The notes beneath the pieces were generated by a model. That model saw only the letters and a program-made list of their open reading frames with translations. It was not told where the DNA came from and made no database searches. A program made the translations under genes and the position numbers. A DNA stretch of 64,000 nt from a virus. The DNA is taken from the IMG/VR virus record IMGVR_UViG_3300045988_124153; one strand, given 5' to 3'. Positions 1-10,089 of this stretch are shown here, piece by piece. How positions within the stretch are numbered: the stretch's first letter is position 1; every line of letters starts with the position of its first letter.

Positions 1-274
1 GAAAGTTGGGCTTATTGTATTTTTCTTAAAAATAAGGTATGCTTGATTATCAATTAGTTATGTTTTATAATACCCGTATTTTCGGACATACTTATTGTAT
101 TTTTTTTGTTTTATGTGGTGGTTTTTATTAGTTGCTGACTTGTATTTTTTATCGGTTGGTATCCGTTCTATGTTGGAGTATGGAGCAGATCAGTATAATG
201 TTGTAATGGTCTTTTGCTTTTCGTTTTTGGCTTTGATTATAGGCTTAAATATCTATATTGATAGGAGGAGCAGA

Positions 275-470
275 CGGTAGGGCGTGGGCTGAAGACTCTC
301 TATTCTCTCTATGGAATGATATTATCTCCAAACACCCCACACTTCATGCCAGAGTATAAGCTTGTAGCGCTCTTCGTATGCCGGTAGTGAGGCGGTAGGG
401 CGTGGGTTCTATGCGGAAAGCCGGAGGATCAGCCGGGGTTGGAGAGGGGGAGAGGGAGGGCACTCTCTTC
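275..470. repeat. GC-rich non-coding region with direct repeats of CGGTAGGGCGTGGG (275-288 and 393-406; a partial CGGTAG copy at 382) and several short hairpins, e.g. CCGG-N8-CCGG near 421-440
   Basis: Repeats and hairpins read directly in the sequence; no ORF of at least 60 aa covers it except a hydrophobic TTG-start ORF at 95-280. Confidence 0.45.
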
Positions 471-862
471 CCACAAAATTCAACAGATCAGCGTTTTAAA
501 ACAGCATAATGTAGGTTTTCCCACAGATTAAGGGTTAAGGACTGCATTATGTGAGTATTTTTTTTTCAATCGGAATGTATAACAATTAAAACATAAACAA
601 CATGAACGTATATGACTTTGCGCCTGACTTAGATTTGAGTAAGGAGGGAGAAGGTTCTATTTTTGGGGGTGAAAGGAATAGAAGGCAGTGATGGTATAGT
701 ATATGCTAAGGTAGTTAGCTGTGTAGACGTTAAGGATTACAGTTGTGATAGGTGTATTTTTTATGATTGTTATAAGGATAAATGTTTATTATCGCGTAGT
801 GATAGTTGTATAGATGGAGATTGGATTTGTAGGTACGAACAGGCTGCCATAGAGGGGGAGTA

Positions 863-930
863 GGCGGCGCCTTGGGCTAAGGCCTGCGGTTGTAGGTGGA
901 ACGTAGGTCGGAGCAGAGCCGGAACAGTTT
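863..930 (+). other. GC-rich element starting GGCGGCGCC right after a TAG stop; shares GGCGGCGCC...AGGTCGG with the element at 7292
   Basis: Motif GGCGGCGCC at 863-871 and AGGTCGG about 40 nt downstream; same arrangement at 7292-7340. Confidence 0.3.
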
Positions 931-971
931 ATTGTGGAACTAAAAAAAAATAAAAAGGAGGAGATAGCGAT

Positions 972-1052
972 ATGAAAAAGGCATTTAAGATATTTTCTAT
1001 TATGTTTGTCATAGAAATAGTGCTGATAGCTATTTTAGATGCTATGGCGTAA
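972..1052 (+). CDS. 26-aa hydrophobic peptide (MKKAFKIFSIMFVIEIVLIAILDAMA) preceded by AGGAGG
   Basis: Strong SD (aaggaggag) 8 nt upstream of the ATG; ORF too short for the track; sits just upstream of the tRNA-like element. Confidence 0.25.
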   Translation: MKKAFKIFSIMFVIEIVLIAILDAMA

Positions 1053-1177
1053 GTGAGAAAAATTTCTTCATTAATTTTCTTATGCTTTAGACAGAATGCT
1101 CCCATCTGCGAAGATCGGAGCATTTGCTTTATGGGATTCATGGTGCAGCAAGTCGGTTCGATTCCGGCGATCTCACA
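1053..1177 (+). tRNA. tRNA-like element A: canonical T-arm (GTCGG-TTCGATT-CCGGC) plus a GTGAG...ATCTCAC acceptor-like helix, but about 125 nt long, so an intron-containing or degenerate tRNA, or another tRNA-like RNA
   Basis: GGTTCGATTCC T-loop at 1155-1165; the 5' GTGAGAA (1053) pairs with 3' ATCTCAC (1170-1176) for 6 bp; the length is non-canonical. Confidence 0.3.
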
Positions 1178-1601
1178 CAACATTAAAATAGGGAAGAACA
1201 TGTTAAAAGAAGAATTTGAAGAACTGATTAAAAGGGAGGTAAACGAAAATCAGTATAAAAACATAGAAACGGCATACGAGGCTTTGCCGGAGTATATGGA
1301 TAAGATGTATTTAGCAAGTGCTATTTCAAATGATATTGGGAAAGCTATTAATGTCTTATCGTTTTTAGGATCGCACATAAGCGAGTTAATGGGTTCGATA
1401 ATAATCGAAAGGCAAAAAGGTGGAATCATGTGCCTATGATTTAATAAACAAATCGCATGAGGAGGATGACTTGAAAGCAAGAGAGATTGCCGTGCGATTA
1501 ATAGGAGAGAGGGAAACAGTGGCATACACAGTAAAAGAAGGGCTGCCATTGTGGGAACAAGATAAAAAGTTTATAATAGAATTAATAAAGGAGGATAGAA
1601 A

Positions 1602-1949
1602 ATGAAAGACGGTATTGTATTGCATCCAGAGCATGGGTTGAATCCATCCATAGAACTATGCACAGTATGCGGTGAAGAGATGGGGATTGCTTTATTAGGG
1701 AATAACATCAAAGGGCAGGCGCCGCATCATATATGCACGGGAGAAATATGTGACAATTGCAAAAAGATAATAGATGACGGAGGTTGTTTTATTATCGAAG
1801 TTGAGGATGGATCAGATCAAAAGAATCCGTATCGTACAGGGAGATATTGCGCGATAAAGAAAGAAGCAGCAAAGAAAATACTTGGACAGGAGCATAGTAT
1901 TGTGTACATGGAAAAGTCTGCGTACAGTCAAATAATACCACAAAAATAA
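1602..1949 (+). CDS. Zn-ribbon hypothetical protein (CTVCGEE...CDNCKK)
   Basis: ORF track entry; SD aaggagga upstream; two CxxC pairs. Confidence 0.45.
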   Translation: MKDGIVLHPEHGLNPSIELCTVCGEEMGIALLGNNIKGQAPHHICTGEICDNCKKIIDDGGCFIIEVEDGSDQKNPYRTGRYCAIKKEAAKKILGQEHSIVYMEKSAYSQIIPQK

Positions 1950-2331
1950 AGAAAGATATGTTTACAAAAGAAGAGCGATTATTCATATGGAAAAAGGTAT
2001 ATGAGATGATTGATAGGTTAGAGGATGGGGAATACATATGTGTTGCGTTAAGAAATGTAGTGTTTATGTATTTCAAAACACATAAAAATATCTATGAGTT
2101 TCGTTCAGACGAAATGGTGAGAATATATTTCCCGGAATTGGAGGAGAAGATAAGTATGGCCACAGAACCAGAGGAAACAAGAACGTTTTATGGGTGGTTT
2201 GGTTGTCTTAGTCCAGAAACGAAGGAGGTAAGGCTGAATATTGTGAAAGATATTATAAAAGAATTAGAATAGTATTTTTGTTAATCTATTTTATTCATCA
2301 AATTAAGTTTTGGGTTTTGGCATGTCGGTTC

Positions 2332-2427
2332 GTGAGGATAGGCATGCCTATTTCTGCATCATAGAGGGGATGACGCGGCGTGCCGGTGCGTATGTGCCGG
2401 TCCTGGTTCGATTCTGGGCATCTCACA
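2332..2427 (+). tRNA. tRNA-like element B: T-arm CCTGG-TTCGATT-CTGGG, which carries compensatory changes relative to element A, plus GTGAGGA...ATCTCAC; about 96 nt
   Basis: Same conserved 3' module as element A (GGTTCGATTC...ATCTCACAAAC) with a covarying T-stem; U8-A9-like TA follows the 5' helix. Confidence 0.3.
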
Positions 2428-2736
2428 AACAATAAAACAAAAAAGTTATGAGAATATATAAGAATGATATTATAAAGGCGTCAGCAATAAGCACCGGAGC
2501 CGACAGAGGCGTGTTGCTGTGTTCAATAACAGATTCAGGCTTTACGTCTATAGCGGGCGTAATATCGGCTGTTAAGGATAGGTTACCAAACGAAGATCAC
2601 AAGAAGATGGTTTTTGAAATCTTGAATGATACGAAAAAAGAGTACGGAAGATATAATAATTGCGGAACAAAAGTATTGTAATAAAGAGTAGAAAACAATA
2701 TGTTTATGTAATATTAGTTTTTTCATTTTTATTGAA

Positions 2737-2776
2737 AGGAGCGCCGGCCTGTGAAGGTATGCGCTCTTTGTATTTG
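2737..2776 (+). terminator. Putative intrinsic terminator (GAGCGC-loop-GCGCTC followed by TTTGTATTTG)
   Basis: 6-bp GC stem then a T-rich tract after ORF 2448-2681. Confidence 0.35.
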
Positions 2777-3051
2777 TATAATGCATAAAACAATAATAAT
2801 ATGACAGAGAATAGTATAGACGTAAATATCGTACCTGTAAAGAATGGTATGAAACGTGTTGTGGTATCATATTACCATTATTCACGCAAGGAGAAAGATC
2901 GCATGAGTTCCCAAACGGATTACGTTTGGGAAACAAAGAATGAAGAAATGTTTAAATACTTTGAGGCCAGGAGGACAAAAGTATTTTATAGTCAGATTCG
3001 TGCCATGTGTAGATTCTATGGCAAGAAAAATGTACGTAAATACAAAAAGTT

Positions 3052-3861
3052 ATGATATTAAAAACGACAACCAACGAGTTTTGTTTCATTAACGTAAGTT
3101 TCTACGAAACAATAGCAGATCCTCGTCATTTCTTTGAACAGGATTATGAAGAGATGCCAGAATATGAGGAGGAATCGGATTTTGATTTTGATTCTTATTA
3201 CAATAAGTTTATTCCTTTTGTACAGGAATGGGCGAATGAGGTAAGTGAACGCCTTTACGGATATGGCGTGAATAGTATAAAGGTAACATCGGTCGGATAT
3301 CCGAAAGAATATAATTATGGTACTGATTGGATGAACGCAGAGGTAGAGTTTTGTGATGAATGGAGGCAAAAGATGTTATCTAACATTAGTAAGATTGTCA
3401 ATGATGATAAATGCAAGAAGTATGCGGAGACTAATTACCGGTCGGTATCAGGATACATCTTTTTAGGGCCTGAAGATTTAAAGGAATTTGAAAAGAAAAT
3501 AATAGAAAGAAAGTCAGATTCGGGATATGATGTAACAATATTATTAAATATGTATCTAACTTTGGCTTTTGTAAAAGAATTTGGATTTAAAGCCGGAGAA
3601 GCGTGGAGTGAAATAACAGAATATGCTTACGGATGTTTGTCGTATTCCGATTTTGCAACAACAGAGATGCTTATACCAGAAGGTTCGGAGCATTTATTCA
3701 AAGACATTTACACGGCAAAGGCCGACGAATTATATCATCATGTCCTGGATAAATTCGGATGGGCGTGGCGTGATCCGAAATATAAGTCAGAAACAGAATT
3801 ATGCGCGATGCTAAAGTGGGCAAAAGAAAAAGGCTTGACCATTGAAGAGTTAAGTATTTAA
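3052..3861 (+). CDS. Hypothetical protein (269 aa)
   Basis: Long ORF with no recognisable motif. Confidence 0.5.
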   Translation: MILKTTTNEFCFINVSFYETIADPRHFFEQDYEEMPEYEEESDFDFDSYYNKFIPFVQEWANEVSERLYGYGVNSIKVTSVGYPKEYNYGTDWMNAEVEFCDEWRQKMLSNISKIVNDDKCKKYAETNYRSVSGYIFLGPEDLKEFEKKIIERKSDSGYDVTILLNMYLTLAFVKEFGFKAGEAWSEITEYAYGCLSYSDFATTEMLIPEGSEHLFKDIYTAKADELYHHVLDKFGWAWRDPKYKSETELCAMLKWAKEKGLTIEELSI

Positions 3862-5058
3862 TTGTTAAACATAAGGCAGTAGTGGTGCGTGAGTATAGGT
3901 GCTGCCGTTAAAATATTTTATAAGATGAAAAAAGAAGAGATTCAAACTATTTTATACACAATCAAAGAAGGAGACAGTATTAAGATCAAAGTACAAGACA
4001 AAAGTGAAGAGATAAGACTGCGAGATCATGTAAGAAGAGTACAGAAATACGGATACAGGTTTTGTTTGTCTCATTTACATGATGGAATTTTCTATCTGGA
4101 GAAGTTGAAAGAAGGGGATAAGGATAAATACTATAGAGTAATAAACAGAGGAAATGGAAAGACCGGAGTATAATAAGCTACGCAAAATGGCTAAGACTAC
4201 TCCAGGTCTGATAGTGGACGAGGCGCAAAACATGATGCGTGTATCGCTATACGATAATGGGGAACTTAAGAAGGTGGTAGTAGTAATGAAATGCGATTCT
4301 TTTTTACAATCAAAAAGTAACATAGAAAAGATAATGTTATTATCATCTTCTATAGAAGATAGAAAAAACAAAGAAAAAAATAAAACAAAATCAGAAAATG
4401 AACAGAATAACAAAAATAAGAGAAGAAATAGGAGGAAAACAGGTTGATTTGACCTTTTACGGGCGTTTTTGCGGCCTTATCGAAGGTGATAGGAAGATAA
4501 TACTAAGGGCGATAAAAAACGGTCGTAAAAAAGGCGTAATCGGAGCCATTCAGCCTGGGAGGCATGACAGAATTTGGACCACATGGTCTATTGCTTTTGA
4601 TGATTTGAAGGTAGGGGATACGGTAGAGTTCAGTACATCTGGAAAATACAATCCCGGATTTCATACTACGGAGACGTATGTAGGATGTGTAGAATGGATA
4701 AAAGGATCGGAATGTGCGATAAAAACCGGCAATGGAATGGCGGTAGTATTAATTAAACACGTGGAAAGGGTGGTAAAATGATGGATTTAAGAATGTTTAT
4801 AGACCTATTTCAGGAGATTGAGGTAGAGAACTTGTTTAAAGCGTTAGATTTATGTATGGAATATGCAAGATTAGATTTACATGTGTTTAATATAGGAGCT
4901 CATGTAACATGTTCATACAGTAATGATCCTGAATTGCTTTCACAGGCAGAAGGTTGTAATGTGAATATGATAATAGAGGTGCCCTACTTGTTTGAAGCAT
5001 TTATGGAATACGCTTCACCGGAACTGAAAGCTTATTATGATGAACTAACAAAAGAAGT

Positions 5059-5532
5059 ATGAAAGAGGAAGTAGAACGGATAAAGAAGTTGGTAGGCATA
5101 GATCATAACAGATGGGAGCAACCTTGTACATGTGATAAATGCAAGAACATGTGTAAGGTCCCTTGTATTGGTACGCCAAAAGACATAGAGGCTATTATAG
5201 ATGCCGGATACGCTGACAGGTTAAAAGAAACAATGTGGATGGTAGGGTATCTTGCAGTGAAAGAAAAACCAATAGCGATGATCCAGCCAACAGAGAAAGA
5301 CGGGTGGTGCGCATTCCGCCAGCCGGACGGTCTCTGCGAGCTGCATGACCGCGGACTAAAGCCGACGGAAGGAGTTCTGGCTTCTTGTAAGGTGGTTGAA
5401 GAAGACGATATTCCGACATACGAAACATCCGTACTTAGAGCAGTAGCTCACGAGTGGGTTAAGGTGGAGAACTTCGCAACTATAATGAGGGTCGTTTTTA
5501 AATTTTTGCATGAAAATGAACGTGGAAAATAA
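5059..5532 (+). CDS. Cysteine-cluster protein with CxxCxxCC-type motif (CTCDKCKNMCKVPC ... WCAFRQPDGLCELHDRGLKP), YkgJ-like putative Fe/Zn-binding domain
   Basis: Cys pattern plus the C(A/V)F...G.C.I(Y/H)..RP-like motif; contains a local GC-rich island at 5280-5400. Confidence 0.35.
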   Translation: MKEEVERIKKLVGIDHNRWEQPCTCDKCKNMCKVPCIGTPKDIEAIIDAGYADRLKETMWMVGYLAVKEKPIAMIQPTEKDGWCAFRQPDGLCELHDRGLKPTEGVLASCKVVEEDDIPTYETSVLRAVAHEWVKVENFATIMRVVFKFLHENERGK

Positions 5533-5941
5533 ATTAGACAAAGTGGTTAATATCCTAAAAGAAAAAGGATTTGTAGTATATAGAAAGGGCGGGAAGGAGC
5601 CAGGTGTGTTTTACGCTAAAGAAGGTGACAGCCGGATAGGATTCGTTTATCCAAACAACGGATATATATACGATAGGATAAAAATGTGGTCTTTTTCAAG
5701 GGTGTATAAACCACATAAGAAAACAGGGTCTTCGTGTTTAATGTGTGTCAGCGACGAATTTACTATAGAAAATGCGATTAAGAACATAGAGGATAGACTG
5801 TGGGTGAATTATATAAAAGATGGTAACAGAAAACGACCAGAAGAATATAAAAATATAAGAGAATTTGTTGGTAGCTTCACTAAATTCTACAGCTCTGTAG
5901 AATTAGTTGAGGTTAAGTAGTTTTCCATGCGAGTTAGTTGC

Positions 5942-5976
5942 CGGCACTGGTCTGCGAAGATAGGTGCCGTTTTTTT
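5942..5976 (+). terminator. Intrinsic terminator (CGGCAC-loop-GTGCCG followed by T7)
   Basis: 6-bp GC-rich stem directly followed by TTTTTTT after ORF 5510-5920. Confidence 0.6.
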
Positions 5977-7291
5977 ATTCAAGAAAGGAGGACAAAGATG
6001 GAGAAAAGAGACAAGAAGATGCCTTACGAGGTAGTCATACAGGAAAGAAAAAGAGTGGATTTGTACGGTAACGTAGTGTATTATATCCATTGGTTTGATA
6101 AATATGGGTACAATATCACAAAAGAATGGAAATTCTGGAGCAAGGGCCCGAAAAAGAAATACGATAGAGTTAATCGTTATCTAACGGATAGTTGGCTGAA
6201 GGAATACTGTAAGAATAACAATTTAAAGATAAGTAGAATCAAGGAATGAAAACGATAAAAGTAGACAAAGTGATATTATATTACATGGATCGGGTAGACC
6301 CTGACGGGAACCCATACCGGTTCTATGTATATAAAGGAATGGTATCTGAAATAGAATACTTTTGCACGGAAGAGGCAGGTAATATGACTATACCAATCGG
6401 AGAAGGAAAGTATATTGAAATCGTGCCAAAAGAAATAGAGAAAATACCAGTAAGGGGATACAGGAGGCTTGCTGGAATATGGAATCGTGAAACATGTAAC
6501 GGGAAGGGATGGTATAGGCTTTTTAATTATTTCAAATACAAGCCAGACATATGTTATATTAAAAACATAGGGCGTGATAAAAATGGAAACACAAGATATG
6601 AAATATCATTATTTAATGCCACTATGAATGTGACAAGGTATTTTAATCTGTGGAGAATGAAGCCAGGGAAGCATGTTATGATAACAAACGAGTACGGAGT
6701 CTTGGATATTATAAAAGAAAAATTCGATAACATAAATATAGTGGAATATGGTTCTAAATAAATTGTATAAAGAAATAGAAGAAGCAGAGGCCAGTCTGAA
6801 TGCAAAAAGATTAAAGTACATCAAAGAAGCATTAGCAGAAAACAATGGAATTATAAAGCTAAAATTTAAAGAGTTTAAAAAATTTAAAGAAACTAATGAT
6901 GTATTTGACTTTGACGATCAGTTTCCGGTGGTAATAGAAATTGATGAAAATCCTATGTATTTAACGGAAGTGTATGCCAAAAAAAACGATTTTCGTGTAG
7001 TCATGCTGGATTATACTGATATGACTTTTTATGATTATAGCAATCCAGGGGAAAATGAACAGGTTGCTTATTTTATTAACTATTGCTTAAATCAAGACAA
7101 AGATGGGAAAGAGTAGAAAAGATTATGAGAAGTATCTTAACTCAATATCTCCAGATAGAGACGATGAGAGATGGATCATTGGAGGAAAGAACAGGTATTG
7201 CGGTAGAGAGAATTATGGCACTATGATCAAAAGGTATGATCCTATTGGTTTTAATGTAGGATACAGGGAGTGGGTGGAACAGCCAGAGTAA

Positions 7292-7340
7292 GGCGGCGCC
7301 TGCCCTGCCATGAGGTCGGCCTGGCTGTATGTGGCCAGGA
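7292..7340 (+). other. Second GGCGGCGCC...AGGTCGG element plus hairpin CCTGGC-N8-GCCAGG, right after a TAA stop
   Basis: Shares motifs with 863-930; could be a terminator, a small repeat family or an RNA element. Confidence 0.3.
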
Positions 7341-10080
7341 TCGTATATTAGTCAGATAGTGAACGACGAAAACAATACAAATGTTTGTTAATTATGAGAG
7401 TAGAAGATTTAACGAAGTTTGAAGGAGAATGTCCTAACATAGTCGTACTTGGTACATATATGGATATTAGGGTTCCATTAACGAAAAAATGGAAGAAAAT
7501 TATTAACGAGAGAGGAGATAAGCCAAACACGTATCATAACTGTTTGATTAGTTATATCTCAGAGCAGATCGCGTTGTCCGGATTCAACATGAAAAGCATC
7601 GGGAACCTCTTAATAAAGGGAATCGTTTTTAATCAAAACGATTACTATAAGTATAACGACGTAGGAGGATTCCCGGCAACTATCAACGATTTGGGATATT
7701 GGGATAAAAACAGGGTAGAGCCAAATGAAGATTTTCACACTGTTAGGCTGTTTAATACAGTAAGTGTATATGGATTGATGTTTGGACCCATAAAACAAAA
7801 TAATTTCATTACGCTGGAAAACGATATAATGCAGATTAATGTTGGCAGCATAACTTACATCTAAAGAGATAAATCATGAAGCTATTATATTTAGTAGAGT
7901 CAGGAGAATCGAAGTTCCTTGTCTTCGACGAAATGCCTGATAAAATTAGCACAAAGTACGGAGATGATACCATTATTGGAAGGATAGGAGGTATATTCTA
8001 TGATTTCCTTGCAAAGAGAAATGAGAGAAGAGAAGCTTTCGGAGGTAGAAAGTTCGATATCGTACTTGACAACGGAGAGATAGAGAAGTGTGAAGGGCAA
8101 TGGTGGGATGCGGTGACAGACAGAGCAAGAGAAGAATTGGAAAAAGAGGGAAATACATTTTCCAAAATGATGTTGATCGGTGTTTCTTCAGTAGATAGAT
8201 TATCGGATTGTTATGTGTATTATGGGTTATGGGCATCCGAAAGTAAGATTGAAGAAATGATAGCTGACTACAAAGGTCATATATATGAGTATTACGAATT
8301 TAAGGAAGAGGTTATTAATAAGATAAATGAGACCCGTAGAAAATCATATATTCAATCTTGGAAAGAACAGATAATACGGTCTGGGATGAGGCAGAAAAGA
8401 AAAGACGTATTTGAATCACCGGATGGATTGTATATTGAGATGGTATATGAGAACAAAGCGTTTGTGCCATATAGACCTATAAAAGAAACCCAGGATTTAC
8501 CTATAGATGCAAAGTACATACCGCTTCTTACAAGGATATTTGGAAAGAACATACTTGCGGAGATAGGAGGGGATAAGATATTTATAACTACTGGGAAATA
8601 TGCTGTGAATTTTTGGTGCTGGAAAAAGTAAGCATAATGTAAAAAGAAGATTAAAATAATAGCTTATGACATTTCGAGAATTTATGCAGGAGAACGGCTA
8701 TGACCTGATAACTACCTTTTGGGAAGATTTCAGCATAGCCGACAAGTATGGTGTAGCAGGTGTCAAAGATACCTACAAACGTGCATTCAGTGAATGGGAA
8801 GATGATTATAAGTTTTTCACGGAATTAACGCTCGTGTTGAATCATAAAATCTGGCAGCATTATGAAAGCAATCGTGAACTGGCCGCATTGTATGACCGGT
8901 TGTGGCGGGAAGTTGACGAGTATGCCATGAACAACTTTAAGGGAGAGGAACTTGATTATTATTATAAAATAACAGATTAATATTATGACAGCAGCAGAAA
9001 AATTGCGTATGGAAATAGCGCAAGAAGCACCATTCAGTAAAGACGAATTTATTAGTAAAATCTCTCGTCTAATTAAGGCGTATGGATATGCAAGTTTTAT
9101 TTGCGACAAGCATATTCGAGAAACTAATATATCATCTAATGGTAACACAATTCGTATGGCACATGAACAGGTAGCAATTGATTTTGCTCGTTCTGAGGGT
9201 TTCTCGGTATCATATAAACATAACAGTTATGGTGTTAGATATATATTATTCACTTTGTGTAAAATATAAAGACATGGAAGACGGACTTATTACAACAAAA
9301 GAAGTAGGGAATTATCGTATAAAAATATACTATGATACTGACAGTGCATGTCCTTGTGAAAGTTGGGATATGGCAGCATGTTTCTTATGGGAATGTATCT
9401 ATTTACCTCGACTGCAAGATGTGTGCGATTGGAGAGAAGTGTTTGGTAAATACGGAGATAGTCGGCACTCACTTATAGATGCACTACATAAACTTATTAG
9501 TAAATATGTTAAATGGAAAGACTTGCTGAATTATTTTAAGAAAGGCAAGATTGACGGTTGTCGACTGAGATATGATAACCATGATAAAATGTGGTATTAT
9601 AAAGAAATTTTTAGCATTTCTCCATCAGATCTTTACACGTATGATTATACGTATGAATTTATAGAAGACTTAGGATGTGAAGAATTGATTCAGATTCTTT
9701 CAGACTTAGGCAAGGATATATTTGTCAAAGAATGGTCCACAACAGGATACAGTCAAGGGGATTATGTTAAAGGTATAGCTTTCTGTACAAAGGAGAGGTA
9801 CACAAAAAATGGTTAGTAATAATACTTCCGATTGGAAAACCCAAATTGACAAATTGATTGATGATGAAGTGAAATCCATAGGTATGTGGATGTGGGGAGA
9901 TGTAAAGGGGTACGTGCTTGAAAAGAAAGTGAAATTTGTCAAGAAATACAAAGATAAATCCAGGGAGGATGAAGAGGGAGAAGAATGGGAAGAGGTTGAT
10001 TCCTGTTGGGGTTATTATATGGAAACAGACGAATTGATAGAAGAAATAATGAAAGAACATAATCTGAAAGAATAAGGAGA

Positions 10081-10089
10081 TGGGGGGGG
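10081..10089. repeat. G9 homopolymer between an SD-like GGAG and a 57-aa GC-rich small ORF (10083-10256, MGGGIMRVYYQ...)
   Basis: Nine consecutive G in an AT-rich intergenic context; the tract gives GGG codons after the first ATG, and a second in-frame ATG lies 15 nt downstream. Confidence 0.5.

Noticed and set aside
863-7340. Stop-codon reassignment suggested by GC-rich sequence right after TAG and TAA
   Set aside because: Genes throughout are cleanly delimited with standard stops, adjacent genes overlap by ATGA or similar, and readthrough adds only about 25 residues before another stop.
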